Assembly (NCBI GenBank): GCA_965248445.1
Contig: CBDFJG010000003.1
Span: forward strand, 1,440,001 to 1,504,000
Source of the DNA: Planctomycetota bacterium
GTDB lineage: Bacteria > Planctomycetota > JAJSAM01 > JAJVHW01
DNA length: 64,000 nt
Direction of reading: 5' to 3'
Shown piece by piece: positions 11,369 to 22,922 of this stretch; position 1 is the first letter of the stretch, and each line of letters starts with the position of its first letter. A model generated the notes under the pieces. The model had not been told where the DNA came from. It did no database searches and was given only the letters and a program-made list of their open reading frames with translations. A program made the position numbers and the translations under genes.

Positions 11369-11809
11369 CTACGGGACTTGAGACGTGCGCCGGCGAATTC
11401 CGTACGTCCACCGCGCGAGGATCATCGCGGCAACGACTCCGGCCAGGATTCCGTTTCGCAACAGAGCATCGTCGATCGTCGCCGTGTCCCCGAAGCAGCC
11501 GCACGCGAACGTCCCGCCCCACACGGAACGCACGCGGAGCAGCGCCGTCGTGAATACGAGCAGCAGGCCGAGCGACGCATAGAGTCCGCGGACCACGCGG
11601 AGACTCATCAGTGCACCCAGCAGGACCTCGGCGCCCACGATCGCGGCGAACGTGGCGTGCGCCGTCCCGCCGCCGCCCACGTCCGCCGCGATCAGTTCGT
11701 ACGCGGGCAGGGGACTCAACAGCTTCGCGGCGGCCGAGACGAGCCACATCGCGGCCAGCGCGCACTCCAGGAGGTGCCATGCGCCGCGGAGGATGAGAGG
11801 CAGCCGCAT
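11369..11809 (-). CDS. MauE/DoxX-like membrane protein
   Basis: Four TM segments, AAAKL, CGCFG motif followed by LLRN. Confidence 0.75.
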   Translation of the reverse strand: MRLPLILRGAWHLLECALAAMWLVSAAAKLLSPLPAYELIAADVGGGGTAHATFAAIVGAEVLLGALMSLRVVRGLYASLGLLLVFTTALLRVRSVWGGTFACGCFGDTATIDDALLRNGILAGVVAAMILARWTYGIRRRTSQVP

Positions 11810-12189
11810 CACCGCAGCCGCCACTCTTCCAGGTCGACCTCGTACGTCCTGTCAACACGCCCGGTCTGGACGATCCGGACCGCTGCCGGAACGGTGGTCT
11901 CGCCGATCACGGTCACCTGCACGTTGAACTGCGTGCCCGGCGCCGGTCGCTCGACACGCCCCGGGCCGACGATGCCGACCGGTCCGCGGAGCACCTCGAT
12001 GGCGAGGAGATCCGCCGGCTCGCCCCCGCGAAGCTCGATCCGGATGGCGTAGATCGAGCGGTCTTCCTGGTGCAACTCGCGCCGGACGGTGATCTCGAGG
12101 TGCGGCTCCAGCGGGCGGGCCCGCGCATACGCAGCACCGGCCGCAAGGAGGGCCAGCACGAGGGCGACGGCGAGGCGGGCGCGGTTCAT
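11809..12189 (-). CDS. Hypothetical exported protein, beta-rich
   Basis: Signal peptide; abuts the MauE-like gene; TATCCT 6 nt before ATG. Confidence 0.6.
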   Translation of the reverse strand: MNRARLAVALVLALLAAGAAYARARPLEPHLEITVRRELHQEDRSIYAIRIELRGGEPADLLAIEVLRGPVGIVGPGRVERPAPGTQFNVQVTVIGETTVPAAVRIVQTGRVDRTYEVDLEEWRLR

Positions 12190-12257
12190 TCGACGAGGAT
12201 ACGGCCAGGCGCCGCGTCTTCCCGCGGGACTACACTGTGCGCCTCCCCGGAGGGACG

Positions 12258-12695
12258 ATGGCGCGCGGCAAACTCACTGATCTCGGACTGCTCCTGCTTC
12301 GGGGCACCGGCGGCCTGATGGCCACCCACGGCTGGGCGAAGCTCCAGTGGGCGCTGGAGGACGACCCGCAGACCAAGTGGGAGGGGTTCGTGTGGCGCGT
12401 GCAGTCGCTGGGATTCCCGCAGCCCGAGTTCTTCGCGTGGGCGGCGATCCTCTCCGAGCTCGTCGCGGGCGTCTGCGTGCTGCTCGGCCTCTTCACGCGC
12501 GTCAGCGCGTCGTTCATCGCATTCACCATGTTCGTCGCAGCGTTCATCCGCCACTGGGACGACTCCTTCGAGAAGAAGGAACTCGCGCTCGTCTACCTCG
12601 CGATCATGCTCTGCCTGGCGTGCCTCGGCGGCGGGAAGTGGACCGTCGAGTCGGCCTGGCAGAAGAAGCGGTCGGCGGCGCGCGCGCAGGCCTGA
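12258..12695 (+). CDS. DoxX family membrane protein
   Basis: DLGLLLLR...HGWAKL, GFPQP, ELVAG..VLLGLFTR, GGGKW; GGAGG upstream. Confidence 0.9.
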   Translation: MARGKLTDLGLLLLRGTGGLMATHGWAKLQWALEDDPQTKWEGFVWRVQSLGFPQPEFFAWAAILSELVAGVCVLLGLFTRVSASFIAFTMFVAAFIRHWDDSFEKKELALVYLAIMLCLACLGGGKWTVESAWQKKRSAARAQA

Positions 12696-12700
12696 ACCCC

Positions 12701-13192
12701 ATGCCCCGCACTAAATCGACCCGCGCGAAGCACTACTGGCTGATGAAGAGCGAGCCCGACGTCTACTCGATCGAGGATCTCGAGAAGGACGGCAGGACTC
12801 ACTGGGACGGCGTCCGCAACTACCAGGCGCGGAACACGATGCGCGACGACATGAAGAAGGGCGACGGCGTGCTCTTCTACCACTCGCGCGTGCCGCCGAT
12901 GGGTGTGTCCGGCGTGGCGAGGGTTGTCCGCGAGGGCTACGCCGATCCGTCCCAGTTCGACAAGAAGTCGAAGTACCACGACGAGAAGGCCACCAAGGAC
13001 GCACCACGTTGGTTCTGCGTCGACATCGCGTTCGAGAAGCAGCTGGCGCGCGTCGTCACGCTGGCCGAGATGAAGGGCGAGAAAGCCCTCGCGAAGATGA
13101 TGGTGACGCAGCGTGGCGCCCGCCTCTCCGTGCAGCCGGTGACGGCCGCGGAGTTCAAGAAGGTGGTGTCGCTGGCGCGTCGTCCGGGCTGA
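12701..13192 (+). CDS. EVE domain protein
   Basis: YWLMKSEP, WDGVRNYQARN, LFYHS, RLSVQPV. Confidence 0.93.
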   Translation: MPRTKSTRAKHYWLMKSEPDVYSIEDLEKDGRTHWDGVRNYQARNTMRDDMKKGDGVLFYHSRVPPMGVSGVARVVREGYADPSQFDKKSKYHDEKATKDAPRWFCVDIAFEKQLARVVTLAEMKGEKALAKMMVTQRGARLSVQPVTAAEFKKVVSLARRPG

Positions 13193-13772
13193 CGCTGTCG
13201 CCGGAGTCGGGGCTGGGCGGGGAGTCGGAGCCCGGTTCGACTTCCGGATTCAGGAACGGATCCGGCGTTTCGAACGGATCCGGTTCCGCGAAGAGTCCCG
13301 GTTGAGCTGACGTAGCTGCCGGGGCGACGTCCTGGCGGGCCAGCACGCGCTGCTCGATGTCCCACAGGATCAGCTGTCGCTTGTCGACGTTGCCGCTGAG
13401 TGCCGCGTCGATCCGGCCGTGGGCGGTCTCGAGCCGGAACCGCGTCACGCCGCCGATGCGCCCGCCATACAGGCAGAGAGCGAGCGCCCCGAAACCGGCC
13501 GTGACGAAGACGGCCGCGACGATCGAGTTGTCGGCGAGCTCCCACGCCAGCGCCGCGGCAAGAGCGCTCGCGAACAAGAACGCACCGATCGTCCGCACGT
13601 AGCTGCGTCGGTCGTCCCACGCGAGCATCCGTGTCACGTCGCGATAGGCAACGCGCCGCAGCGTTTCGCGCGCGAACAACTCGATGCGGCCGACGCTGAC
13701 GACGTCGTCCGCGACGTAGACGGCGTACGCGGTGATTCCGTCCTGACTGACGCGCACGGCGGGGCGGTTCAC
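13155..13772 (-). CDS. Hypothetical two-TM membrane protein with Pro/acidic tail
   Basis: GTG overlaps the upstream stop; two hydrophobic segments. Confidence 0.6.
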   Translation of the reverse strand: MNRPAVRVSQDGITAYAVYVADDVVSVGRIELFARETLRRVAYRDVTRMLAWDDRRSYVRTIGAFLFASALAAALAWELADNSIVAAVFVTAGFGALALCLYGGRIGGVTRFRLETAHGRIDAALSGNVDKRQLILWDIEQRVLARQDVAPAATSAQPGLFAEPDPFETPDPFLNPEVEPGSDSPPSPDSGDSVSPDDAPATPPS

Positions 13773-14329
13773 GACATGGCCCCCCACATGATCAGCGCGA
13801 CCAGGAGGATCGCCGCGAGGTTGAGTGCTGCTGCGATCGCCACGAGACCCGGCCGCAGCCACCGGTCCTTGCGCAGGCGGAAGAGCATCCAGACGGAGAG
13901 CGGGACCGAGAAGAGGAGCGAACCCCAGCACGTGAACGGTGCCATGCAGGTCAGGAGCAGGACAAGGGAGTCCCAGCGTGTGCGGCTGGTCTGCGTCGTG
14001 GCGAGCTGCCCGCGGGTGTGCAGCAGGGAGAAGCAGTCGGGGCAGTACAGGTCCTCGCCCGTACGCGTCACGCACACGTCGCACACAAACGCGCCGCAGC
14101 GTGCGCAACCGTTCGATGCGTCCTTGCCGGGGTGATTGGCGCAGCGCCCGGCTCCGGCCGCCAACTCCGCCGCGTCCAGAAGCGGCGTGAACTCGATCAC
14201 GCGATAGCGAGCGAGGCACTTCGGGCAGCGTCCCCAGCTCGTCCCCGTCGCCGGCACACGCCGATGGCAGCGCGGACAGGGCACCCGCGGTGCCCTGTCG
14301 GGCACAGCGGCCGGGACGGACGCCGTCAT
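13769..14329 (-). CDS. Zinc-ribbon plus B-box-like zinc finger membrane protein
   Basis: CPRC..CPKC, then CANHP..CARC..CDVC..CPDC; C-terminal TM segments. Confidence 0.75.
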   Translation of the reverse strand: MTASVPAAVPDRAPRVPCPRCHRRVPATGTSWGRCPKCLARYRVIEFTPLLDAAELAAGAGRCANHPGKDASNGCARCGAFVCDVCVTRTGEDLYCPDCFSLLHTRGQLATTQTSRTRWDSLVLLLTCMAPFTCWGSLLFSVPLSVWMLFRLRKDRWLRPGLVAIAAALNLAAILLVALIMWGAMS

Positions 14330-14340
14330 CTACGACCCTG

Positions 14341-15153
14341 TCAGTTCGCCGCTGCGCCGACGATCGCGATCACGAGGAAGATCCCGCCGAAGATGCAGCC
14401 GCACAGGACCGCGATCCACAAGAGCGACGCGATGGCGTGTAGCCAGCCGCACTTGTGGAGGCGGTTGATCATGATGACCTCCGCCACGATCGTCCAGATC
14501 CCCCCCACGATCTGGTTCAGGAAGGGGATCGGGATCAGGAGCAGCAGCTGGGGTGCATGGGCGTAACAGAGTCCGCGCATCGTCTGCTGGTACGGCACGC
14601 GCGCGAGCTTCGTCACGTACAGGTAGAGATGCATCAGACCTGCGCCGACGAACACACCGATGATCGCCCCGATGGGCGCGAAGATGACGCCGATGAACCC
14701 CTGCACCCCGACGCCGAAGGGACCCGCCATTGCCTGTTCGAACTCGCCGCCGCCGCCCGCCACCGCCGCGATGATCCCGAACATCACCACGGAGTAGATC
14801 CAGTTCGCGATCGCCGCGAGCACCTGGACGATGACGGCGTAGAGAAGGCAGGTGAACGACTGGGAGTTCTTCTCCATCTTGTCGAAGAAGTCGTTCGGCG
14901 TGAGGATGACCGCCTTCGACGTCTGCCAGAACGCCCCGACGAGACCGAGCTCCTCCCGCCGCTCCCAGGGGGGCAGGACGCCGTCGCCGCTCACGCGGCC
15001 GCCGAACTCCAGGTCCGCGACCACCTGCGTCTTGCACTCGCCGCAGACGCGCTTCTCCTGGAACTCCACCAGGCAGTCGGCGCAGTACGTCTCCGCGCAG
15101 ATCTCGCAGTGCTCGATCCCCGTATCGACCAGCGGATGGTTGCGGCACGCCAT
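14341..15153 (-). CDS. YIP1-like membrane protein with N-terminal B-box-like zinc finger
   Basis: CRNHP..CEIC..CADC..CGEC, PPWE, P..FF, five TM segments; strong GAGGAGG before ATG 15153 (alternative start 15282). Confidence 0.8.
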   Translation of the reverse strand: MACRNHPLVDTGIEHCEICAETYCADCLVEFQEKRVCGECKTQVVADLEFGGRVSGDGVLPPWERREELGLVGAFWQTSKAVILTPNDFFDKMEKNSQSFTCLLYAVIVQVLAAIANWIYSVVMFGIIAAVAGGGGEFEQAMAGPFGVGVQGFIGVIFAPIGAIIGVFVGAGLMHLYLYVTKLARVPYQQTMRGLCYAHAPQLLLLIPIPFLNQIVGGIWTIVAEVIMINRLHKCGWLHAIASLLWIAVLCGCIFGGIFLVIAIVGAAAN

Positions 15154-15173
15154 ACCCGGGCTCCCTCCTCTGT

Positions 15174-15278
15174 CCGTTGAATCGTCGGCCGTTGAATCGT
15201 CGGCCGTTGAATCGTCGGCCGTTGACTCGTCGGCCGTTGACTCGTCGGCCGTTGACTCGCCGGCCGTTGTCTCGTCGC
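15174..15278. repeat. 15-bp tandem repeat, 7 copies (VNTR)
   Basis: Unit CCGTTGA(A/C)TCGTCGG; last two copies degenerate. Confidence 0.95.
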
Positions 15279-15367
15279 CCATTGTATCGTCAGAGCGCCG
15301 TCTCTCGGAGAGAACCGTTGCACGGTGCGTAGGTTCAGGTGGGCGCAGGTTCAGGCCGGTTGCAGGT

Positions 15368-16138
15368 TCAGGCGGGCCGGGCGAAGCGGTCGGCGGCCAC
15401 CACTCCCACGATCCCACGCAGGATCGCGTCGTCCGGGAGGCTGCGCTGCTCCTCGAGACCGAGCGTCTCGCGGTAGTGCGAGGCCAGCCGCGCAGAGAGC
15501 GTGATGCGCCGCGACGCCTCGATGCGATCGGTGGCGGCGACGAACTCCGTCAGGATCGCGGCCTCGCGGGCGGACACACGACGCCGCACGCGGCGCACCG
15601 CGTTCGGGTCCTCGCGCAGGCTGTTCTGTTCGCGGGCCAGCACGCGGAGCGCGCGGGGCGGCTTGTGCCGGCGGTCCTGGATGACGACGGTCCCAGCCAG
15701 ACGATCACCGACCCGCCGGGCCTGCGGATCGAGCGCGATCAGGAGGGCGCCGAGCAGGTGGAACATCGGGAGCTGGTCCACCATGCGCGCGACGTTGCGG
15801 ATCACCGCCTGCCAGCCGAGCAGCGGGGTGCCGTTCGCCTGCACCACCCGGATACCGAGCACCTTCTTGCCCCACGTCTGCCCGTTCCACCGCTGCTCCG
15901 CCCAGATGCGGTAACCGAGGTCGAGGACGAAGCCGATGACGATCATAGCGGCCCAGAGAGGCAGCGCGGCGACGAACCCCGTCAGCACGCCGAGCAACGT
16001 GGCGACCGTGCCGAGCACGGTCATGGCGACGGCGATCAGGATCTCGTCGATGAGCCATGCCAGCGCGCGCTCGGCGGGTCCCGCGATGCGAAACTCGAGC
16101 GGCACGAGTTCGGGTGTCACGACGGAGAGGCGCCTCAT
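15368..16138 (-). CDS. RDD family protein
   Basis: TPE.V.LEFRIAG..ERALAWLID, GQTWGKK.LGIRVV, RRVGDRLAGTVV. Confidence 0.92.
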   Translation of the reverse strand: MRRLSVVTPELVPLEFRIAGPAERALAWLIDEILIAVAMTVLGTVATLLGVLTGFVAALPLWAAMIVIGFVLDLGYRIWAEQRWNGQTWGKKVLGIRVVQANGTPLLGWQAVIRNVARMVDQLPMFHLLGALLIALDPQARRVGDRLAGTVVIQDRRHKPPRALRVLAREQNSLREDPNAVRRVRRRVSAREAAILTEFVAATDRIEASRRITLSARLASHYRETLGLEEQRSLPDDAILRGIVGVVAADRFARPA

Positions 16139-17220
16139 TCGGCCGTCTCCGGCGGCGCTGTGCTGCGCCTGCGGCGGATCGCCCGCCGCACCTTCCCGGC
16201 CAGATCCAGGGTGGCGGCTCCGCCACCCGGCGACCAGAGCAGCAGGTACGCCCAGTAACCGCCGCCCAACGCGACGGCGAACGCGATCTTCAGCGGATAC
16301 GGCAGGTGCGGCTCGTGGATCTGGCTGAACGTGCCTTCGACGGCCCCGGCGACGAGCAGCGTCGCGGTGGCGCCGATGAGTAGCACCATCACGTCGCGGC
16401 CCGCAGCATGGAGCGCGGCCCTCCGTCCCGCGAGACCGGGCACGAATAGCGCCTTCGTCAGGATGAAGCCACCCGCGGCGCCGAGCAGAATCGCGGGAAT
16501 CTCGATCACGCCGTGCGGCCCCACCCACGCGAAGAAGAACACGGCTTGCCCGTCGAGGACGTACTTCGCCCCCACCGCGCCGAGGTACGCGCCGTTGGCG
16601 AACACGAGCAGCACGATTCCGATGCCTCCCGACACCGCCAGCGCGAAGCACAGGTACGTGACGCGGCTGTTGTGCGTGAACAGCTGCGCGGCGAACGGAA
16701 CACCGACCGCCGACTTGCCGAGGACGCCGAGCCCAGCGCCGGTCTCCTCCGTCTCGACGCGCTCGCTCGCGTCCATGTAGCGGTGTCCCATCGGCAGCAG
16801 CACTTCGCCGGTGCCGGGGTCGTTGACGAACGACACCGCGCCGAAGATCGCGCCCGCGACGAAGATCGCCGCCGCCAGCAGTACCGCCAGGAAGCGGCGC
16901 CGCACGACCTCTGGGAAGTCACGCACGAAGAACTGCTTCACGAGCGGCCAGATGCGCGGAGCCCGCCCGCGGTGCAGCATTCCGTGGGCGCGGCCGACCA
17001 GTCCGCGCAGGTACTCCGCGGTCGCCCCGCTCTCGTCCCGCCGCAGCTCCTCCAGCAGGTCGGAGGACGCGGCCCGGTACAGAGCGCTCAGCTCGCGCGC
17101 CGCGGCCGAAGTGAGCTTCTTGGCTCCGCCGTCCTCCAACTTGTCGAGTAAGAAGGTCAGCCGCGTCCAGCGCGCTCGCCGGGGATCGGCGATCATCTGC
17201 GTGTCCTGCCGCTGGCTCAC
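16135..17220 (-). CDS. SpoIIM/DUF95 family membrane protein
   Basis: LYRAASSDL, LFTHNSRV, PHGVIEIPAI, AGAVEG. Confidence 0.9.
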   Translation of the reverse strand: MSQRQDTQMIADPRRARWTRLTFLLDKLEDGGAKKLTSAAARELSALYRAASSDLLEELRRDESGATAEYLRGLVGRAHGMLHRGRAPRIWPLVKQFFVRDFPEVVRRRFLAVLLAAAIFVAGAIFGAVSFVNDPGTGEVLLPMGHRYMDASERVETEETGAGLGVLGKSAVGVPFAAQLFTHNSRVTYLCFALAVSGGIGIVLLVFANGAYLGAVGAKYVLDGQAVFFFAWVGPHGVIEIPAILLGAAGGFILTKALFVPGLAGRRAALHAAGRDVMVLLIGATATLLVAGAVEGTFSQIHEPHLPYPLKIAFAVALGGGYWAYLLLWSPGGGAATLDLAGKVRRAIRRRRSTAPPETAE

Positions 17221-18559
17221 AGGAGCCCCCTCGACTTCGCCTCGAGGTAGCGGTTGACGGACGCGGCTGCGAGATCGCCGGGGGGCAGCTCGATGCACTG
17301 CGCACCGCCCTCGGAGACCCGCCTTCGCGCCCGGCGCTTCTCTTCGATGAGCTCGGCAGCCGCCAGCGACGTCGCCAGTTCCCGGGCGTCCCCCGGCGCG
17401 TGCTCTGCCAGTTCCACGACGTCGCGGTCGACGACGGTGAAGCACGTCACCAGGTGACGGGCGCGCAAGAGAGGCAGGCAGCGCAGGAAGTCGTCTCCCG
17501 CCACGCGGTCCGGGAAGTCGGTGAGGAACACGATCAGGGAGCGCCGCGTCTGCCGCGTTGCGAGCGCAGTGCACGCGGCGCGGAACGACGCGTCGAAAAG
17601 AGAGGGTGTGACGTCGTACAGCACGTCGAGCGCACGGCGCACCGTGGTCTTCCCGCTGCGCGGCGCCATCCACGTGCGCGCCTCTGAGTCGAAGACGAGG
17701 AGGCCAAAGCGGTCGCCGCCCTGCGTCACCACGTGCGCGAGCACGAGCGCCGCGTTGACCGCCTCGTCGAGCTTTGACAGCTCTCCCGACCGGGCGGTCA
17801 TCACCCGCGATGCGTCGACCACGACGATGACGTCCTGGCTGCGTTCGGGGCGATACACGCGCGAGATCGGGTTGCCGCGGCGTGCCGTGGCCTTCCAGTC
17901 GATGTCGCGGAAGTCGTCGTCTTGGTGATACTCGCGCAGCCGGTCGAACTCGCGGCCCCGGGTGAACCCCCGGCCGACGTGGATGCCGAGAGCGGCGAGA
18001 TTCCGGCTCTTCTGCAAAGTGTCGTACCTCACCACCGCGGAGAGCGCCGGCACGACGCGGGTCGCCGAGCGGCAGGGCGGCTTGTAACGGCGCATCGCCA
18101 GGCCCGCCGAGATCCCGACGCGCACCCAGGGCTCCGGGATCTCGACGCGCCCGCGGTGCTGCGGAGTCACCTTGTACGAGAGATCGACCGCCCCGTGCGC
18201 GGGCACCCGCGCGTGCACCGGGAACAACTCCTCGAACGGCACCTCGGTCTCGAAGGCGTCCGGCACCGGCTCGACGACGCGCACCGTGACCGGCAGGCCC
18301 AGCCGATTGCGCACCCGGAGCGTCACCGTCGTCGGTTCGCCGAGATCGATGGATCGATCGATCGTGCGCGTGACGACGAGGGCGCCGTCCGGCCGCGACG
18401 CACTCGGACGCAGGAACAGCCGGCCCTCGATCAGCACCAGGGCGGCGACGAGGAACAATAGCAACAACGCGATCACACCGACGCCGGGCAGAACCGGCGC
18501 GGTGAACGCGAGCGCCGAAAGCAGCACCCCCGCGAGGATCGCAGTGCGTGACGGAAGTG

Positions 18560-18563
<4 letters not shown>
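17217..18563 (-). CDS. DUF58 protein (vWA-like MoxR partner) with N-terminal TM
   Basis: GREFDRLREY..DDFRDIDWKATARR, VVDASRVM, GDRFGL; start either CTG 18563 or GTG 18527. Confidence 0.9.
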
Positions 18564-19534
<971 letters not shown>

Positions 19535-20802
19535 CCTGTTTCTCTCCGTTCGAGGGCCGCGCAGTCGCGGCCCGTGCGTCATCGAGCGCTCGCCACACCA
19601 TCGCGACGGCGCGTGTCCAGACAGCCGGGTGGGCGCGGAACGACGTCTGCCGGTCCGCGGGAAGTTCGGCGAGTGCATCGCGGACGGCGTCCGCGCGTGC
19701 CGGATGGCGTGTCGCGAACATGTCCAGGGCGCGTTCCATCCCCGTGCGATCGCCCGCCGAGAGGCGTCGCCGCACCTCGTCGCGCACGACGGCATGGATC
19801 TCCGGGCCACTCATGCACTGCGCATAGAGGCCGGCGCGCAGGTGCGCATACGACTCCGGCCGGTACTCGCGACGGGGCCCCGCTTGGCGATCCGCTGCGT
19901 CGCTCGGTCCGTTGCGCCACCACACGAGCAGGAGCAGCATGAAGACGCAGGCGAGCGCCGGTCCGAGCCCGCGCTCGGTCAGCAGGGACACGACACCGCG
20001 TGAGGCGACCTGCCCCACCGCGCGATCGTCGAAGTAGACCGTGCCGCCTTCGCGCAACCGCGACACGAGCTCGGCCAGCCACGCCGCGTTGTCGGACTGG
20101 GCGAGCCGCACGTTCGTGGCGAACCACGGATCGGACACGACGATGACCAGTCCGTCCCCGTGGGGCCGCTCCACGATGCGCGCGTCGGCGGCGGGGATCG
20201 GTTCGCGGACGAGGATCTCGTCAGATTCCCCCACCGAGACCCACAGCCCCTCCGTCAGCCACGGGTCTTCCAGCCCGTCGAAGTCATGTATCTCGAAGTC
20301 GTCCTCGCCGGACGCGGGAACGTCCGGACCGGCCCCTGCGATCAACCGCTTGAGTTCGTCGGGGACGTCGACGACGGTCGGTGTTGCGGACTCGTCGGCA
20401 CCGCGCACGGACGGGAACGCCGGCGACGAAGACTTGAGTGACGACATCAGCAGCAGTCCGTTGCCGCGCATCACCCAGCCCGCGAGTTCTCTGTTCTCCT
20501 CCGCCTTCTCCTCGGGCGGGCGCTGGTCGGCGGCGAAGTCCATCGCGACGCGCACCAGCACGTGGCCGGTGCCCGGCGGAAGCCGTGGTCCCCGGCGGCT
20601 CTCGACGGGGAGTCCGATCTCCTCGAGGACCAGGCGGGCCGCGAGCAACCCGGAGTCGTCCGGTCGGAAGCTCGAGACGGGCATCGTCCCGCGTCCGCCG
20701 CGCTGGCCCCGCGCCGCCCCCAGGAACAGCACGCCGACCAGACCCGCGAGGGCCGCGGTCGCGACGAGGACGCGCAGGGCAGACGCACCGCGGGAACGGC
20801 GA

Positions 20803-21642
20803 TCACGTCGCACGGACCCGCTCCCTTCCGTAGGCGACGCGCACGGCGGTGACCTCCCGCACGGCGTGCCGGACCCCGCGCTCGGTGGGATCGCGGCGTC
20901 CGTAGACGGCCAGGTCGAATCGCCGTGTCAGCGAGTTGAACGGCTTGTACGCGGCATGCGACCGCGGGACGTCCTGCACGTACGCGGTGTTCGTTCGCGT
21001 GCGGTCGTAGTCGATGGCTCTGGCGCGGTGCAGCCCTGCGAGCAGTTCCAGGTAGAGCGTGCGCAGCGCCTCCGCGCGCTGTCCGGCCGCGGCCAGCCGT
21101 TCGGCTTCGCGCCGCCAGTCCTCCGGTGCGCGCGCCAGCGCGTCCGACTCTGGATCCAGATCGGATGCCTCGGCGATCAGGACCCCCGCCGCGCGGCGCT
21201 CCGCACGCACGGAGCCCATCATGCGGATCAGCAGGTAGACGATCAGCCCGAGTGCCGCCGCCACGGCAGCCCATGTCACGACCATGCTCATCGTCGAGCC
21301 GCCGCCGGCCGCACCACCGCCGAACAATCCGCGGAGACCGCCGAACAGTTGCTTGAACAGCCAGCCCAGGCCGTCGCCGATCACCTCGAGCACGGAGCTC
21401 AAGAACTCACGGACCGCCGCGATGGCCCGCTCGAACCACGTGCCGCTGATGTCGACGTGCGGCAGGTCGAGGTGGTGCTTCTCCGCGAGAGGACGGAACT
21501 CCGGACGCGCGAGGACCTCTGCGAGTCGCGCGCGCGCCTCTTCGGCTTCCGTGCCGGCGCGCGCCGGCGACACGAGTGCGCACACCGCACCGAGCGACAC
21601 CCCCAGACGCAGCAACCACAGCCGCAGCAGCCACCCGCGCAT
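20803..21642 (-). CDS. DUF4129-like membrane protein
   Basis: VLARPEF, A.G..AEALR.LY, TRTN..Y, FDLAVYG. Confidence 0.75.
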   Translation of the reverse strand: MRGWLLRLWLLRLGVSLGAVCALVSPARAGTEAEEARARLAEVLARPEFRPLAEKHHLDLPHVDISGTWFERAIAAVREFLSSVLEVIGDGLGWLFKQLFGGLRGLFGGGAAGGGSTMSMVVTWAAVAAALGLIVYLLIRMMGSVRAERRAAGVLIAEASDLDPESDALARAPEDWRREAERLAAAGQRAEALRTLYLELLAGLHRARAIDYDRTRTNTAYVQDVPRSHAAYKPFNSLTRRFDLAVYGRRDPTERGVRHAVREVTAVRVAYGRERVRAT

Positions 21643-22487
21643 CACGCGAGCACCTCGACCTGCGCGCTCCGCCGTTCCTCGTGGTCGGTGATCCGCCGCG
21701 CGTCCAACTCGTCGGCGAACAAGTCGAAACGCGTTCCGTCCCGCTCGGCATCGCGCTCGACCGAGAGTTCGGCGAACGCGGCCACGAGAATTGCCTCGAC
21801 CGCCAGCGCGGCGATCAGCGCAGCGCCGGCCCACGCCGCGGCACGATCGGGCCGCAGCGCCGCCACGACGAGGTTCATGTCGACGCCGAGTCCGCCCGCG
21901 CCGAGCATCGTCAGCAGGAACGGGAGGATCACGAGGTTGACCGTCAGGAACAGGAACGCCAGTGCGCAGCACAGCACGATGGACAGGCATCGAGGCAGAT
22001 CGTGCGTGACCGCCTGCCAGCCCGCGCGCACGAGCGTCATGCCGCCGGCGGAACGCGGACCGACGCCCGCCGCCAGGCCGACGAGACCCACCGCCGACAG
22101 GAGCCAGCCGAGTGATGCGGTGACGAACCCGAGCGGCAACCCGATCAGGATGATGGAGGTCGCGAGCAGCGACTCCGGGAAGCGGGTCACGGCGCGCCGC
22201 CACGCCCGCGCCACGCCGATGGGCTGACCGCGCGCCGACGCCGCGGCCCACGCGGACAGAGCCGCCCACCCGAGCATCTTCGGGAGCAGGAACGCACCGA
22301 GCAGCACGTCCCGATCGTCGGGCAGCCGCCCGCGCAGATCGATGTCCACGAACCACCAAAGCGTGGCACCGACGAACGGGAGCGACGGAAGCACGTGCAG
22401 GCAGATGACGGAGATCGCGTCCCGCCGCAGCCGGTCGACGCCGTCGTCCAGCACCTCGCGCGCGCGACGGCGAAGCAGCGCGCGCAA
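21642..22487 (-). CDS. Multi-TM membrane protein typical of MoxR/DUF4129 operons
   Basis: R...EVLDDG..LRR start, about six TM segments, RDG..DL end; TTG start next to the upstream stop. Confidence 0.65.
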   Translation of the reverse strand: MRALLRRRAREVLDDGVDRLRRDAISVICLHVLPSLPFVGATLWWFVDIDLRGRLPDDRDVLLGAFLLPKMLGWAALSAWAAASARGQPIGVARAWRRAVTRFPESLLATSIILIGLPLGFVTASLGWLLSAVGLVGLAAGVGPRSAGGMTLVRAGWQAVTHDLPRCLSIVLCCALAFLFLTVNLVILPFLLTMLGAGGLGVDMNLVVAALRPDRAAAWAGAALIAALAVEAILVAAFAELSVERDAERDGTRFDLFADELDARRITDHEERRSAQVEVLA

Positions 22488-22829
22488 CTACTCGGCCTCT
22501 TCCACGATCGACATCAGGTGGGAGACGCCCTCACCCAGCACGCCGAGGCTACGCAGCGAGCCGAGCGCCACGATCAGCGCCGGCACGAGAACCACGCACG
22601 CGACCACGAGCGTGCCGACCCGGCGGAGCGCGCCGCCGCCCCCGGGTGCGCCGAGCTCGTCAACGGCCACCGCCAGGCAGTCGCGGCAGTGCAGGATCCC
22701 GTCCAGCCGGGTTACGCATTCTGCACACGCGTGGTCACCGCAGCGAGCGCAGCGGCCGACCGGTGCGCGGTCTCTGTGGTTCGCGCACACGCCCCGGGTC
22801 GGGGGCGACCTCTCCGTAGGCGCCGCCAT
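22488..22829 (-). CDS. Small B-box-like zinc finger protein with one TM segment
   Basis: CANH..CARC..CAEC..CRDC then a hydrophobic helix; TATCCT 8 nt upstream of ATG. Confidence 0.75.
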   Translation of the reverse strand: MAAPTERSPPTRGVCANHRDRAPVGRCARCGDHACAECVTRLDGILHCRDCLAVAVDELGAPGGGGALRRVGTLVVACVVLVPALIVALGSLRSLGVLGEGVSHLMSIVEEAE

Positions 22830-22866
22830 GACTTGTGAGGATACGCGCGGAGGGTGCAAATGGAGA

Positions 22867-22903
22867 CGACCCCGCAGGCGCGTCGTATGCACCCGCGGGG
22901 TCG
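22867..22903 (-). terminator. Hairpin downstream of tRNA-Leu
   Basis: CGACCCCGC (22867-22875) / GCGGGGTCG (22895-22903); no clear U-tract. Confidence 0.45.
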
Positions 22904-22922
22904 CCGCTGTCGAGGATGGGAG

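Noticed and set aside
12701..13192. EVE domain as part of a modification-dependent restriction system
   Set aside because: Stand-alone EVE protein next to DoxX with no adjacent nuclease
15174..15278. Possible CRISPR array
   Set aside because: Units are contiguous 15-mers with no spacers and no cas genes are present
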